From Scyliorhinus canicula (lineage: Eukaryota), in NCBI RefSeq assembly GCF_902713615.1, contig NW_024055500.1, positions 186,001 to 250,000 on the forward strand: a stretch of 64,000 bases of DNA, written 5' to 3'. This document shows positions 1 through 12,606 of the stretch, in pieces. How positions within the stretch are numbered: the first letter of the stretch is position 1; the number at the start of each line of letters is the position of its first letter. The notes beneath the pieces are model-generated. The model made no database searches, was not told the DNA's origin, and saw nothing but the letters and a program-made list of their open reading frames with translations. The translations under genes and the position numbers were made by a program.

Positions 1-918
1 CCAGATTTGAGCGATCATGAATGAAGTGTTGGGCTGTAGACCTCAATGAATGTCAGAGAGTTCTCAAGGGGAGGAATCTCCTATCCTGTTCCTGATCCTA
101 AGCATATGTTCCATCTATAAAGAGAAGCTGGATAGAGTGCGGCTGTTTGCCCCAGAGCAGTGATGGGCTGAGGGGGAGACGTGATTGAGATGTACAGATA
201 TTACGAGGGACAGATAGGTTAAATCGCCAGAGCATAGGCTATGGAGCAAGATCTGGAAAATGGGATTGGAACAGATGTGTACCTGATAGCCGTCGCGGAT
301 ACGATGGGCCGAGCGGCCACTTTCTGTGCTGTACAACGTTATGTCTCTAAAACGTAAACTTGTTCTTTGCACGCAGACTCTTTGAATTGCTCCAGTCATT
401 CCACCCAGGACGTAGTCCATGATGAAACGGATTCAAATGGAAAATCTTTTACTGGGAATTCGAAATGCAGAAAATTTGCGACCACAGATTCACCCTCAAT
501 TAAGTCAATCCCGCTTCTTTGAAACGGCGAATTCACTTTTCAAAATGCTCCCTTCAGTAACTTCATTTGATGGAGTTATGGTTTTGAAACTCACAGTTGC
601 GTCTATATTCTACTGCACGTGTCATATCAACATTTCAATTGCGCCTGTGAGCTTAGAGCTCACAATTATATTCTTACTGCTGGCATTACATTAGAGGACA
701 CTTTTGCAAACGACAATTTAGATTCAGGGGCAGATAATTCCCCTTTTCTATACGCCTTGCTCAGGATAGTAGAATCCGATTGCAGAGTAGATGACCATGC
801 GTGTCTCTTGATGGGGCCATCCAAGTAATGTCACCTACCCTGTTCCTTTAGCTTTTTCTCTGTTATATTAAGTATTGTTTTTGTATTCTATAAGATTTAA
901 GAGCTTAAGGTGTATTCA

Positions 919-1215
919 TGGAACATACAGTGCAGAAGGAAGCCATTCGGCCCATCAAGTCTGCACTTAAGCCCTCATTTCCACCCTATCCCCGTAACTC
1001 AGTAACCCCTCCTAAATTTTTTGGTCACTAAGTTCAATTTATCGTGGCCATTCTCCCTAACCTGCGCGTCTTTGGACTGTGGGAGGAAATTGGGGCACCC
1101 GGAGGAAACCCACGCAGGCAGAGGGAGAAAGTGCAGACTCCGCAGAGACCCAAGCTCGGAATCGAACCTGGGACCCTGGCTCTGTGAAGCCACAGTGCAA
1201 TCTACTTGTGCTACC
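919..1215 (-). mobile_element. HE1-like tRNA-derived SINE
   Basis: Reverse complement of the recurrent gggcagcacgg..ggttcgattcc..gggtttcctccgggtg SINE with a CR1-like tail. Confidence 0.8.
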
Positions 1216-1370
1216 GAGCTGCTCTTGGCATTCGTCTGACAAGAAGCTAATTGGACTTGAATCAAACGCTCTCACTCAGGGATATCTTCGATTAATTACT
1301 AGGAAAGTTGGTTTTAATCAGTCTCTGAGTTTAATGTTATCATTCGAAGTCGGGGGAAAGGGATCGTTTT

Positions 1371-1594
1371 AAAAAAAAATTTTAGATTACCCAATTAATT
1401 TTTTCCAATTGAGGGGCAATTTAGCCTGGCCAATCCACCTACTCTGCACATCTTTGGGTTGTGGGGGCGAAACCCACGCAGACACGGGGAGAATGTGCAA
1501 ACTCCACACGGACAGTGACCCAGAGCCGGGATCGAACCTGGGACCTTGGCGCCGTGAGGCTGCAGGGATAACCCACTGCACCACCTTGCTGCCC
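1371..1594 (-). mobile_element. SINE, short poly(A)-tailed subfamily (A)
   Basis: Matches the 21886 and 31060 copies in reverse. Confidence 0.85.
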
Positions 1595-2256
1595 GGAAAG
1601 GGGTAGTTTGATTCAGGGCGGGGAGTTTTGTTTTTTTAATCCGCTCATTACTCCTCTGAATCAAGGGGAGCGATCAATGTGCACATCAGGTGGCCAATGC
1701 AGGCACTGTGAGGTGGGGGCGAATGGGGTGTTTCTTGCCCATGGGACCACCAGTGTTATAGCTTTCCCTCCCTGTGTCTACCAGAAGCCAAGCCCCATCC
1801 TGTGCATCGGACACAATATGGTTAGTAGCGGCCACTGTGCAAAGCTGTAATTTTACAACGCACTTTACACATAAAACGAGCAGAATTTCTCAAACTGTCC
1901 ACCGTCAGCTTAGCTGAAAGCAATCTATACTATAGGCAGTATCATCGTGCTATTTTACTCATAGTGTTAGCTAAACTTTGGGAGTGAATTGTATTTGTCG
2001 ATTTTTCACATTGATTTTTTTTCTCAAATGTATCGCTATTACTTCTGAATAAAGTTGGTATCTTGAATGAAGGGTGCCTTCAATTTCTTTGTTAAATCAT
2101 TGGCAAGACATGCCTTTGGTCTGGTCAACAGAGAGCAGTTGGAAATTCTACACCATCGTGCGCACAGCGGCCTCGAGATAGTTTCCACCAAATGGGTCCA
2201 ATTGACGATTGTTTTCCCAAATCTTTCTTTCTCACTCCTAATCGGAATGAAAGTTA

Positions 2257-2597
2257 GATAACATAGAACAGTACAGCACAGAACAGGCCCTTCGGCCCTC
2301 AATGTTGTGCCGAGCATTGATCACCCTACTCAAACCCACGTATCCACCCTATACCCGTAACCCAACAACCCCCCCTTAACCTTACTTTTTAGGACACTAA
2401 GGGCAATTTATCATGGCCAATCCACCTAACCCGCACATCTTTGGACTGTGGGAGGAAACCGGAGCACCCGGAGGAAACCCACACACACACAGGGAGGATG
2501 TGCAGACTCCGCACAGACAGTGACCCAGCCGGGAATCGAACCTGGGACCCTGGAGCTGTGAAGCATTTATGCTAACCACCATGCTACCGTGCTGCCC
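2257..2597 (-). mobile_element. SINE, long (ttctatg)-tailed subfamily (B)
   Basis: Full-length reverse copy of the element at 10450 and 15443. Confidence 0.88.
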
Positions 2598-2753
2598 TTC
2601 AATCTTCCCCCACCACAATTTCAGGGATTGCATTTTACCCCGTTACAATGCATTGTGTTAAAATAAATAATTCCCCACGTCTGGGGATTTACCATTTCTC
2701 CAATTCAAGGGACATAACCATCGCTGACAAGCACAACATTTATTGCCCTTGGC

Positions 2754-3087
2754 TAGTCAGAGGCTTTTCCCCAGGGTAGAGGGGTTAATTACTAGGGGGC
2801 AGAGGTTTAAGGTGCGAGGGGCAAGGTTTGGAGGAGATGTACGAGGGAAGTTTTTTACACAGAGGGTAGTGGGTGCCTGGAACTCGCTGCCGGAAGAGGT
2901 GGTGGAAGCAGGGACGATAGTGACGTTTAAGGGGCACCTTGACAAATACATGAATAGGATGGGAATAGAGGGATACGGACCCCGGAAGTGTTGAAGATTT
3001 TAGTCTAGACGGGAAACATGGTCGGCACAGGCTTGGAGGGCCAGAGGGCCTGGTCCTGTGCTGTACTTTTCCCTGTTCTTTGTTCTT
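2754..3087 (+). mobile_element. CR1-like LINE 3' fragment
   Basis: SQRLFPRVEG..RGKFFTQRVVGAWNSLPEEVVEA C-terminus of ORF2; (tgttct)n tail. Confidence 0.88.
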
Positions 3088-3261
3088 CCCTAGTGTCTCC
3101 TTGAGAAGGTAGTGGTGAGCTACCATCTTAAACAAGTGCGGTCCATGACGTGTTGGTCCGCTTACTTTATTGTTAGGGAGGGGGAGACACAGCATTAGTG
3201 AAGCAACGCTGATATATTTTCAAGTCAGGATGGTGAGTGGCTGAGATGTTAGCGTCCAGAT

Positions 3262-3890
3262 CGCAGAATCAGAGAATTCCTACAGTGCAAGGGTATTCGG
3301 CCTATCGAGTCCGCACCGACCCTTTGAAAGAGTACCTTACCTAGGTTCATTCACCTGTGCACCCTGCCGTATCCCCTTACCTCATAACCTAACCTATACA
3401 GATTTGGACACTAAGAGGCAATATAGCACGGCCAATCCACCTAACCTGCACATCTTTGGACTGTGGGAGGAAACCGGAGCACCCGGAGGAAACCCACGCA
3501 CACACGGGGAGAACGTGCAGACTCCGCACAGACAGTGACCCAGAGGGGAATCGAACCCTGGTCCCTGGCGCTGTGAGGCAGCAGTGCTAACCATTGTGCC
3601 AACGTCCGCCCTTATCAAAGAATCACAAAATTTACAGTGCATAAGGAGGACACTCGGCCCATCAAATCCGCACCGGCCCTTGGAAAGAACACCCTACTTA
3701 AGCCCCACACCTCCACCCTACCCCTGTAACCCAGCAACCCCACTAAACCTTTAGGACACTACGGGCAATTTAGCACGGCCAATCCACCTAACCTGCACAC
3801 CTTTGGACTGTGGAAGGAAACCGGAGCACCCGGAGGAAACCCACGCACACACGGGGAGGACGTTCAAACTCTACACATGCAGTCACCACG
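3262..3890 (-). mobile_element. two adjacent HE1-like SINEs
   Basis: Two reverse-oriented SINE cores (about 3262-3610 and 3628-3890). Confidence 0.75.
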
Positions 3891-3899
3891 TGTCTGCCA

Positions 3900-4320
3900 C
3901 CCTTGTCTCGCGATCGTGGGTTTAGAAGGTGCTTTCGAAGGAACCTAGTTGAGTTCCTGCAGTGCATCTTGTAGTCAGTAAGTAAAGTCGCCATAGTCCC
4001 ACATGACCACAGGCTGCACCATCCTTTGAGGGGGGAGACCTGGCTGGTGGTGACTTAACCTGAGGTACACCACACCTCCGGCGAGGGGTAATATCGAGAA
4101 GATGGGGCCTTCATTAACAACCTCAACTAGGATGGCATCTTGCAAATGGTACAAACGGCTGCTACTGTGCGTCGGTAATGGAGAGGGTGAATGTACGTGG
4201 AAAGGGGAGCAATCAAGCGGGGCTGCTTTGTCCTGGATGGCGTTGAACTTATTGAGTGTTGTTGGAGCTGCACTCATCCAGGCAAGTGGAGAGTATTCCA
4301 TTACACTTCTGACTTATAGA
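3900..4320 (-). mobile_element. L2/CR1-clade LINE RT C-terminal relic
   Basis: MEYSPLAWMSAAPTTL..IQDKAA resembles the post-RT region of such LINEs; degenerate. Confidence 0.6.
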
Positions 4321-4852
4321 TGGTAGAGAGAATTGAGGGGACTGAGTGGTGATTCTTACGGCAGTTATTAGTTAGGCTTATTTCTGTGTGTCCAGAGCAC
4401 AGACTGGCCAATAACCCCTTCCCTCGAGGATATCACTCAACGAAATGATGCTGTAACAACAATCGTTCATCACTCAATTGGCAATACGGCGATTGTGCTG
4501 TGATTTCCGACTGGGCACAATTCCCCAGTTGACGCTCCTTTGGAGAACCTGTGCCGATTCGACGGGCGAGAAGCCTCCATTTGCGCCGGAGAAATTGGGT
4601 GATGCTATGAGGCCTGACTCCTGTTTTTCCATTATTCTGGGATGTGAGAGGCGTTGCTTGGGCCCCACTTATTTATTTTTGCCTATTCCTAATTTCCCTT
4701 GATCTCAGAGGCTTGTCAGACAGTTTCTGAGTTAACCACATTGCTGTGCGTCCGGAGTCACATGTAGGCCAGGCCGGGTCAAGACGGAAGATTTCCGGAT
4801 GTAAAAGACATCAGAAGCTCAGTCAGTGTCCATGTCTAAAGCACAGTTTGAC

Positions 4853-5393
4853 TCACTGGGTCTGTGCGGAGTCTGCACGTTCTCCCCGTGTGTGCGTGGG
4901 TTTCCTCCGGGTGCTCCGGTTTCCTCCCACAGTCCAAAGATGTGTGGGTTAGGTGGATTGGCCATGCTAAATTCCCCTTAGTGTCCTAAAAAGTAAGGTT
5001 GGGGGGGGGGATTTGTTGGGTTACGGGTATAGGGTGAATATGTGGATTTGAGTAGGGTGATCATGGCTCATGGTTCTACATAGAACATAGAACAGTACAG
5101 CACAGAACAGGCCCTTCAGCCCTCGATGTTGTGCCGAGCCATGATCACCCTACTCAAACCCACGTATCCCCTCTATACCCGTAACCCAACAACACCCCCC
5201 TTTAACCTTACTTTTTAGGACACTACGGGCAATTTTAGCATGGCCAATCCACCTAACCCGCACATCTTTGGACTGTGGGAGGAAACCGGAGCACCCGGAG
5301 GAAACCCACGCAGACACGGGGAGGACGTGCAGACTCCGCACAGACAGTGACCCAGCCGGGAATCGAACCTGGGACCCTGGAGCTGTGAAGCAT
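4853..5393. mobile_element. tail-to-tail inverted pair of subfamily-B SINEs
   Basis: Plus copy about 4853-5069 and minus copy about 5078-5393. Confidence 0.85.
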
Positions 5394-5649
5394 TTGTTCT
5401 TTGTTCTTTGAACATCTATGTTCTTTGTTCTAATTAACAATAATGCAAAGGGTTATGTAGACAGTAGTTATAATCGTCGTTAATGGCAGAGCTGGTTAGA
5501 CGGGCTGAATGGCCTCCTCCTGATCCCCGATACCATGAAGCAAACGTATTTCCAACAAGGTTGCAATTTTCAATCAGGTTGTTTCTTGAAGAAAAGAAGG
5601 CCGGCAGCAGCAGGGTTAATTAATTCTGGGTTGTTCGGCTTGACGGAAA

Positions 5650-6010
5650 CTGTTGAGATAACCTGATACCACGCTGTGAGCCCTGATTGGGGGAGCCAGG
5701 GCCTTGTTGACAAGACCACCAACGGCAGCAGGAAGTGGGGCCAGGTTGTGGTTTCAGTCAAGGCAGTTGCTGAGCCTGCTAGTTTGCACAAACCCAGAGC
5801 GTGTGGTTTGATCTGCTGGGACTGGAAACACGAGCAGGGAGGTGGCAGTTAGACAGAGGGGGGGGGGGGGGGGGGGTGGGAGTCCGGATGTTGCAATGTG
5901 CATGAAAATAAACTGTCGGTTAACGTTAACCTTCTTTGTCACTTCCCCAGTGAACAAAGGCACAGGCGAATACTGCGGAAGCGACTTCCAAACGCTCACA
6001 ATCCACTGGT
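5650..6010. promoter_or_regulatory. candidate T-lineage enhancer (RUNX/ETS/MYB/TCF/GATA cluster)
   Basis: Motif cluster in a non-repeat island; see findings. Confidence 0.45.
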
Positions 6011-6204
6011 ACAAAGGAAAAAAACATCTTCTCCCCGCGACTTCAATGGGAGATCCCTTATTGGAAACTGTGTTGCCCTAATTGCAATCTCCCCACAAAG
6101 GGGAAACATTCTGTCAGCATCCACCCTCTCAAGCACCGCCCCCCCCCCCCCCCCCCCCCCCCCCCCCCACCCCCCTCCCCAGCCAACAAAAATATTTCAA
6201 TAAT

Positions 6205-6757
6205 TTTTGTATATAGTGTTCAATTCTGGCCGCCACACTACCAGAAGGATGTGGAGGCTTTAGAGAGGGTGCAGAAGAGATTGACCAGGATGTTGCCTGG
6301 TATGGAGGGCATTAGCTATGAGGAGCAGTTGAATAACTCGGTTTGTTCTCACTGGAACGACGGAGGTTGAGGGGCGACCTGATAGAGGTCTACAAAATTA
6401 TGAGGTGCAAAGACAGAGTGGATAGTCAGAGGCTTTTCCCCAGGGTAGAGGGGTCAATTACTAGGGGGCATAGGTTTAAGGTGCGAGGGGCAAGGTTTAG
6501 AGGAGATGTATGAGGTACGTTTTTTTACACAGAGGGTAGTGGGTGCCTGGAACTCGCTGCCGGAGGAGGTGGTGGAAGCCGGGACGATAGTGACGTTTAA
6601 GGGGCATCTTGACAAATACATGAATAGGATGGGAATAGAGGGATACGGACCCCGGAAGTGTAGAAGATTTTAGTTTAGACGGACAGCATGGTCAGCACGG
6701 GCTTGGAGGGCCGAAGGGCCTGTTCCTGTGCTGTACCTTTCTTTGTTCTTTGTTCTC
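6205..6757 (+). mobile_element. CR1-like LINE 3' fragment
   Basis: VQFWPPHYQKDVEALERVQKRLTRMLPG..FFTQRVVGAWNSLP; tgttct tail. Confidence 0.9.
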
Positions 6758-7087
6758 AAATCTCTGTCCAACCTTACCCTGTATGTTAACCTCGCCCCGC
6801 CCCTCCCAATCCCAGGTCTCAGCCAATCAACACACCCTACTTTACTCACCCCCCCCCCCTCTTTAAGGTAGGAAATCTGCCACCCTTACCTGGTCCGGCC
6901 TACATGTGATCCAGCTCTTCAGCAATGTGGATGACTGGTCACTGCCGTCTGGGATGGCCATAGCTAAACTGCTAAGTTAAAGGGATATTAGGAACCGGCA
7001 ACATTTGTTGTCCTTGACAACAACGCTCATAGCCCCTTGAGAGAGAAAGAATCTAAGATTGAACAATTACTTCTTAAAGTACCTATT

Positions 7088-7257
7088 ATGGTTTAGCACA
7101 CTGGGCTAAATAACTGGCTTGTAATGCAGAACAAGGCCAGCAGCGTGGGTTCAATTCCCGGACCAGCCTCCCCGAACAGGTGGCGGAATGTGGCGACTAG
7201 GGGCTTTTCATAGTGACTTAATTGAAGCCTACTCGTGACAAGAAGTGTTTATTATTA
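7088..7257 (+). mobile_element. second tRNA-derived SINE family (D); copies at ~25890-26058(-), ~31495-31660(-), ~59580-59720, ~62824-63005(-)
   Basis: ggtttagcacactgggctaaa..gggttcaattccc..gtggcgactaggggcttttcacagtaacttc recurs. Confidence 0.75.
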
Positions 7258-7752
7258 AACCAATTCTTCAGACAACAACTGGATGAAATGGATATGTTGC
7301 ACCCAGGTCATCCAATCGGTTCATTATGTCATCTCCGACAGTGGAGAAGGCGGCCATTCTGTCTATCCTGCCCAGAACCATCGAATCCCTAAAGTGCAGA
7401 AGGTGGCCATTCGGCCCGTCTTATCGACCCTCTGAAAGAGCACCCCCACCTCGGCCCACTCCCTCCCCCCCCCCCCCCCCCCGCCTGATCCCTGTAACCC
7501 CGGCCAACCGGCACATCTTTGGACACCTAGGAGAAATGTAACATGGCCAATCCGGCTAACCTGCCCATTTGTGGGCCGTGGAGCAAACTGGGGCAAGGGG
7601 AGAGTCTGCATACGCCGGGCAGGCAGTCAGCCGAGGTCGGGATTGATCCCTGGCACTGCGATCAGCAGTGATACCCACTATGCCACCGTGCCACCTGCCT
7701 GGGCCTTGTTTCTAAATTAGCTCAAGGAAATAGATAGATAGAGATAGATAGA

Positions 7753-8330
7753 GAAATACAGCACAGAACAGGCCCTTCGGCCCACGATGTTGCGCCGAAC
7801 TTTTGCCCTAGGTTAATCATAGAATTTTGGACAATTTTTCATGGCCAATCCACCCAACCTGCACATCTTTGGACTGTGGGAGGAAACCGGAGTACCCGGA
7901 GGAAACCCACGCAGTCACGGGGAGGATGTGCAGACTCCACACAGACAGTGACCCAAGTCGAAATCGAACTTGGGACCCTGGAGCTGTGAAGCAATTGTGC
8001 TATCCACAATGCTACCGTGCTGCCCTTAAGAAGTTAACCTACATTATTCTACCCGAATCCAAATACCTATCCAATAGCCGCTTGAAGGTCCCTAACTTTT
8101 CCGACTCAACTACTACCACAGGCAGTGCATTCCATGCCCCCACTACTCTCTGGGTAAAGAACCTACCTCTGACATCCCCCCATTCACCATAAATTTATGT
8201 CCCCTTGTAATGGTGTGTTCCACCCGGGGAAAAAGTCTCTGACTGTCTACTCTATCTATTCCCCTGATCATCTTATAAACCTCTATCAAGTCGCCCCTCA
8301 TCCTTCTCCGTTCTAATGAGAAAAGGCCTA
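7753..8330 (-). mobile_element. CR1-like LINE 3' fragment with nested SINE (~7817-8025)
   Basis: LINE 3'UTR interrupted by a SINE with ttaa on both sides; LFSLERRRMRGDLIEVYKMIRG peptide. Confidence 0.75.
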
Positions 8331-9871
8331 CCACATGAGTCCGACCACATGATCCTTTGTCCATGGCCCTCCGCAGGTTCCATTTCAATTTTGCAACCTC
8401 GTTTGAAAGTTACTACTGAACATCCTTACTTGCCTCACAGTTGGCAATGTAAAACCAACTTCCCCTACTTGACTTGAAGAATAATTTTACTCTGTCTCTT
8501 GCAAGAACGCTTCCCCAAGCCACCAATAAAATGTAGGTTTGTACGCCGTAACGTAGAGACGAATTAGGACGAGAAGTGGTCCATTCGCCCCCTCGACCCT
8601 GCTCCACCATTCAACAATGGCTGATCTGATTGGAACCGTCTACATACACGGGTCACTTCCTTGTTTACCAATAAGCTATCTCTCTGTGTCTTTTAAAACA
8701 TCCAAGGTGTCAGCTTCCACTGCCTCTCAGGGAATAAATTTCCAATGACTTATTATCTTCCGAGAGAGAAATAATTCTCCTCATCTCTCTCTTCAATGCA
8801 CGATGCTTTATTTTTTAACAATGACGCCCCCCCCTCCCCCCCCCCCCCCCCCCCCCCCGCCCCCCCTCCTATTCCTAGATTTGCCAACAAGAGGAAACAT
8901 CCTCTCCACATCCACTCTGTCAACACCCTCAGCGTCTCAAAGGTTTCAACTGTGGTATTGTGTGAAGCAAATAATGGCATGATGGGAAAACTAGTCAAGT
9001 CTTCTTGGTACAATTGAATTTAACCTAAGACACAGATTCAGAATACACAGAGGCAGCATGTCCTGAGAGTCTAGATAAGGCTTGGAGCTAGAAGTAGTCT
9101 TAATACATAACAAGCTGAACAACTGTCTCTTCCTGTTCCTAAACAACTTCTTCCCTTTCTTAAAACAAAGACAAGATAATGATATGAAACTCAAGTCCCC
9201 TGGAGGTCAGCAAGGTGACGCCATTGTAACGATTATTACTTATGTTTTACTTTCAATCAAATTCCTGACCAAGCTGTATTCATGTTATCTTGATCCTATA
9301 ATGTATAAGAATCGCCTTCTTTTCTGTACTATCGCAGACTTGGGACGGACAGCAGTTTGTAATTGACTGCTTTCCGACTCCAAGTATCAGCCATTTACTG
9401 CTAGCAGTTCTAATTAGTGAATAAAGTTCAGTTTTGCTTATCTAATGAATGCTGTTTGAATTTCTCTATCACAGTCAAGACGCGGGGAAAATATAAAATA
9501 CAACACAACCAATTCATCTCTTGGTCTAAACTCTCGTGAATGTAAGCCTGGCCTGTCAAGCCATTGCTAATAATACAATACACGCATTTCTGGAGTGAGG
9601 TTTGTGAAGCTAAATTTGCCCCGATTTTCCCCTATTTGAAAGAGTTACAATTTTGGACAACTTTTGGAACCCTTGCCCCCCAGCCTGGGCCAGTTCAGTA
9701 TCATCTTGCCCATACCCAACTTCAGAAAAATGTCGTTCAGTGCTGGATTCATTGCTGACCAGCTTGTGTTGAATGCTGACCATTTCTGCTTGGCTGTCTC
9801 CGTGCGCCCTCTGCTGGCTGCCCGTTGTACAGCAGCAGCAGCGGGGAAATGCCATCATGTTGTTTTTTTTT

Positions 9872-10086
9872 AAAATTTAGATTAGCCAATTATTTTTTCC
9901 AATTAAGGGGCAATTTAGCGTGGCCAATCCACCTATCCTGCACATTTTTGGGTTGTGGGGGCGAAACCCACGCAGACACGGGGAGAACGTGCAAACTCCA
10001 CACGGACAGTGACCCAGAGCCGGGATCGAACCTGGGACCTCAGCGCCGTGAGGCGGTTGTGCTAACCACTAGGCCACCGTGCTGCC
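9872..10086 (-). mobile_element. subfamily-A SINE with TSD
   Basis: catgttgtttttttt flanks both sides (about 9856 and 10087). Confidence 0.88.
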
Positions 10087-10449
10087 CATGTTGTTTTTTT
10101 TTTAATGTTTCTCCTGGGCAATGAGATGGGCAGAGAGCAAAGGGGGTGCGAAGATCTGTCGAAAACGGCAAGGACGGGAAATAAAAGCAGAGAGAAAGAT
10201 GGGCTGTGTTGTTTATTCCAGGGTGGTGAAATCAGTGCCTTCCCATGCTTCAGTTTGTACATTGCTGGAGACCAAAAGAGGATGGTTCTGGCAATTAAAG
10301 AGTGAATAGCAAAGTGCCTGGGCGGTGAGCAAAGCTGCTGTAAATGTTATAGAGCAAGAGAGCCCCATCTGTGTATTGAACGCTGCAGTTACGGAGGGCT
10401 TTGCACAATAACTTCACTACAATGTCAGCCTACTTATGACAATAAAGCA

Positions 10450-10797
10450 GGGCAGCACGGTAGCATGGTGGTTAGCATAAATGCTTCACAGCTCCAGAGT
10501 CCCAGGTTCGGTTCCCGGCTGGGTCACTGTCTGTGCGGAGTCTGCACGTCCTCCCTGTGTGTGCGTGGGTTTCCTCCGGGTGCTCCGGTTTCCTCCCACA
10601 GTCCAAAGATGTGCGGGTTAGGTGGATTGGCCATGCTAAATTGCCCGTAGTGTCCTAAAAAGGGTCAGGTTAAGGGGGGGGATTTGTTGGGTTACGAGTA
10701 TAGGGTGGATACGTGGGTTTGAGTAGGGTGATCATTGCTCGGCACAACATCGAGGGCCGAAGGGCCTGTTCTGTGCTGTACTGTTCTATGTTCTAGA
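10450..10797 (+). mobile_element. subfamily-B SINE
   Basis: Full length, gggcagcacggtagc..ttctatgttcta. Confidence 0.9.
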
Positions 10798-11044
10798 ACA
10801 TGAAAAAAAATTAATACCGAGAGTTTCGTATCGAAGCAGAACATATCAACGACCCTTGGCACCGTTGCAGCCTCCAACACGAAGCAGGAGGCCTTTCGGC
10901 CCACAGTGTTCGTGCTAACCCTCTACAAGAGCTCTCCAGTGACACCCCATTCCCCAACCTGCACGTTCGCCCCCTGTGTCTGCGTGGGGATTTTAAATTC
11001 TGTTTCTCGTAGACTGATAGTCTCCAATTCTCTTTAATTTACTT

Positions 11045-11315
11045 GGTGTTAGCAGAATTTCACACCTAGAATTGACACCAAATTCAACTGATCCTTTCCT
11101 GTCCAGCAGTTTACTAAGAGAGTTAATTTCAATGAAGGTGTGAGACTTTGCTTTTAGCTGTATGCTAAAAATGCACTTGGTTTTAACTTGACAGACCGAC
11201 CTGTTTTAAACATGCATCACTTAATTCAATTGAAACCTTCATCCATGCTTTTCCAGATGCTTCCTAAGATAGTTACTGTCAATGAAGGTGTGAGCCATTC
11301 ATTTTAGCTTCACAC
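11045..11315. promoter_or_regulatory. cluster of T-box half sites
   Basis: AATTTCACACCTAG 11056-11069; AGGTGTGA 11136-11143 and 11286-11293. Confidence 0.35.
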
Positions 11316-11495
11316 AAGAATACTGTGTGTTTGCTGAGACTGCTTGAGAGAAAGAATTTGCATTTTATAATCCTGCTCTTTGCAGCTATTAACCCTTTGT
11401 GGGATCTTTCCCTGTACCCTCTCAGGTTTCTCTCAGACCAGATATTGCCAGACTTCCATGTTTCAAATGACACATTTTTCTGTATTTTCAACAGC

Positions 11496-12606
11496 AGTAT
11501 ATGTGTGTAAGTGTGTCTGAGTGTGAGTGTGTGTGAGAGAGAGTGTGTCTGAGCAAGTGTGTGTGCGTGTGTGAGAGAGAGTGTGTGTGTGTGTATGTGT
11601 GTGAAAGTGTGTCTGANNNNNNNNNNNNNNNNNNNNNNNNNNNNNNNNNNNNNNNNNNNNNNNNNNNNNNNNNNNNNNNNNNNNNNNNNNNNNNNNNNNN
11701 NNNNNNNNNNNNNNNNNNNNNNNNNNNNNNNNNNNNNNNNNNNNNNNNNNNNNNNNNNNNNNNNGTGCGTGTGAGAGAGTATTTGAGCAAGTGTGAGTGT
11801 GTGTGTGAGAGAGTGTGTGTGTGTGTGTGAAAGTCTGTCAGAGCGGGTGTGAGTGTGTATGTGTGTGTATGTGTGTGAAAGTCTGTCTGAGCGGGTGTGA
11901 GTGTGTGTGTGAGAGAGGATGTGTGTGTGTGAGAGAGAGGGTGTGTGTATGTGTGTGAAAGTCTGTCTGAGTGGGTGTGAGTATGTGTGTGAGAGAGGAT
12001 GTGTGTGTGTGTGTGAGAGAGAGGGTGTGTGTGTGTGTGCGTATGTGTGTGAAAGTCTGTGAGCGGGTGTGAGTGTNNNNNNNNNNNNNNNNNNNNNNNN
12101 NNNNNNNNNNNNNNNNNNNNNNNNNNNNNNNNNNNNNNNNNNNNNNNNNNNNNNNNNNNNNNNNNNNNNNNNNNNNNNNNNNNNNNNNNNNNNNNNNNNN
12201 NNNNNTGAGTGTGTGTGTGAAAGTCCGTCTGAGCGGGTGTGAGTGTGTGTGTGTGTATGTGTGTGAAAGTCTGTCTGAGCGGGTNNNNNNNNNNNNNNNN
12301 NNNNNNNNNNNNNNNNNNNNNNNNNNNNNNNNNNNNNNNNNNNNNNNNNNNNNNNNNNNNNNNNNNNNNNNNNNNNNNNNNNNNNNNNNNNNNNNNNNNN
12401 NNNNNNNNNNNNNNNNNTGTGAGTGTGTGTGTGAGAGAAATGTGTGTGTGTGTGTGAGAGAGGGTGTGTGGGTGTGTGCGTGTGTGTGAAAGTCTGTCTG
12501 AGCGGGTGTGAGTGTGTGTGTGAGAGAGGGTGTGTGTGTGTGTGTGTGTGTATGTGTGTGAAAGTCTGTCTGAGCGGGTGTGAGTGTGTGTGTGTGTATG
12601 TGTGTA
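11496..12606. repeat. compound (TG)n/(AG)n satellite with three N gaps (~11617-11763, 12077-12205, 12285-12416)
   Basis: Recurrent gtgtgaaagtctgtctgagcgggtgtgag motif; assembly gaps. Confidence 0.95.

Noticed and set aside
361-440. Possible hinge exon (acceptor ttgcacgcag, DSLNCSS..)
   Set aside because: No convincing donor in phase and no adjacent C-domain or TM exon.
1279-1345. YLRLITRKVGFNQSLSLML resembles the TCR alpha/delta transmembrane R..K..N motif
   Set aside because: Polar residues break the TM helix, there is no clear acceptor or upstream Ig-C exon, and it lies between two SINEs; likely coincidence. A tBLASTn with shark C-delta would settle it.
1801-1900. cactgtg at 1833 as the RSS of an inverted V segment
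   Set aside because: No nonamer at 12 or 23 bp and no YYC in the minus-strand frame.
8425-8535. Possible 3'UTR terminal exon (acceptor at 8440, AATAAA at ~8525)
   Set aside because: These motifs are common by chance; there is no upstream coding exon to link to.
9193-9208. CTCF-like motif (minus strand cctccaggggact)
   Set aside because: Several mismatches to the core and a single occurrence; not supportable without data.
10450-10530. tRNA genes at SINE heads (A/B box, ggttcga)
   Set aside because: These are heads of high-copy SINEs with CR1-like tails, not cloverleaf tRNAs.
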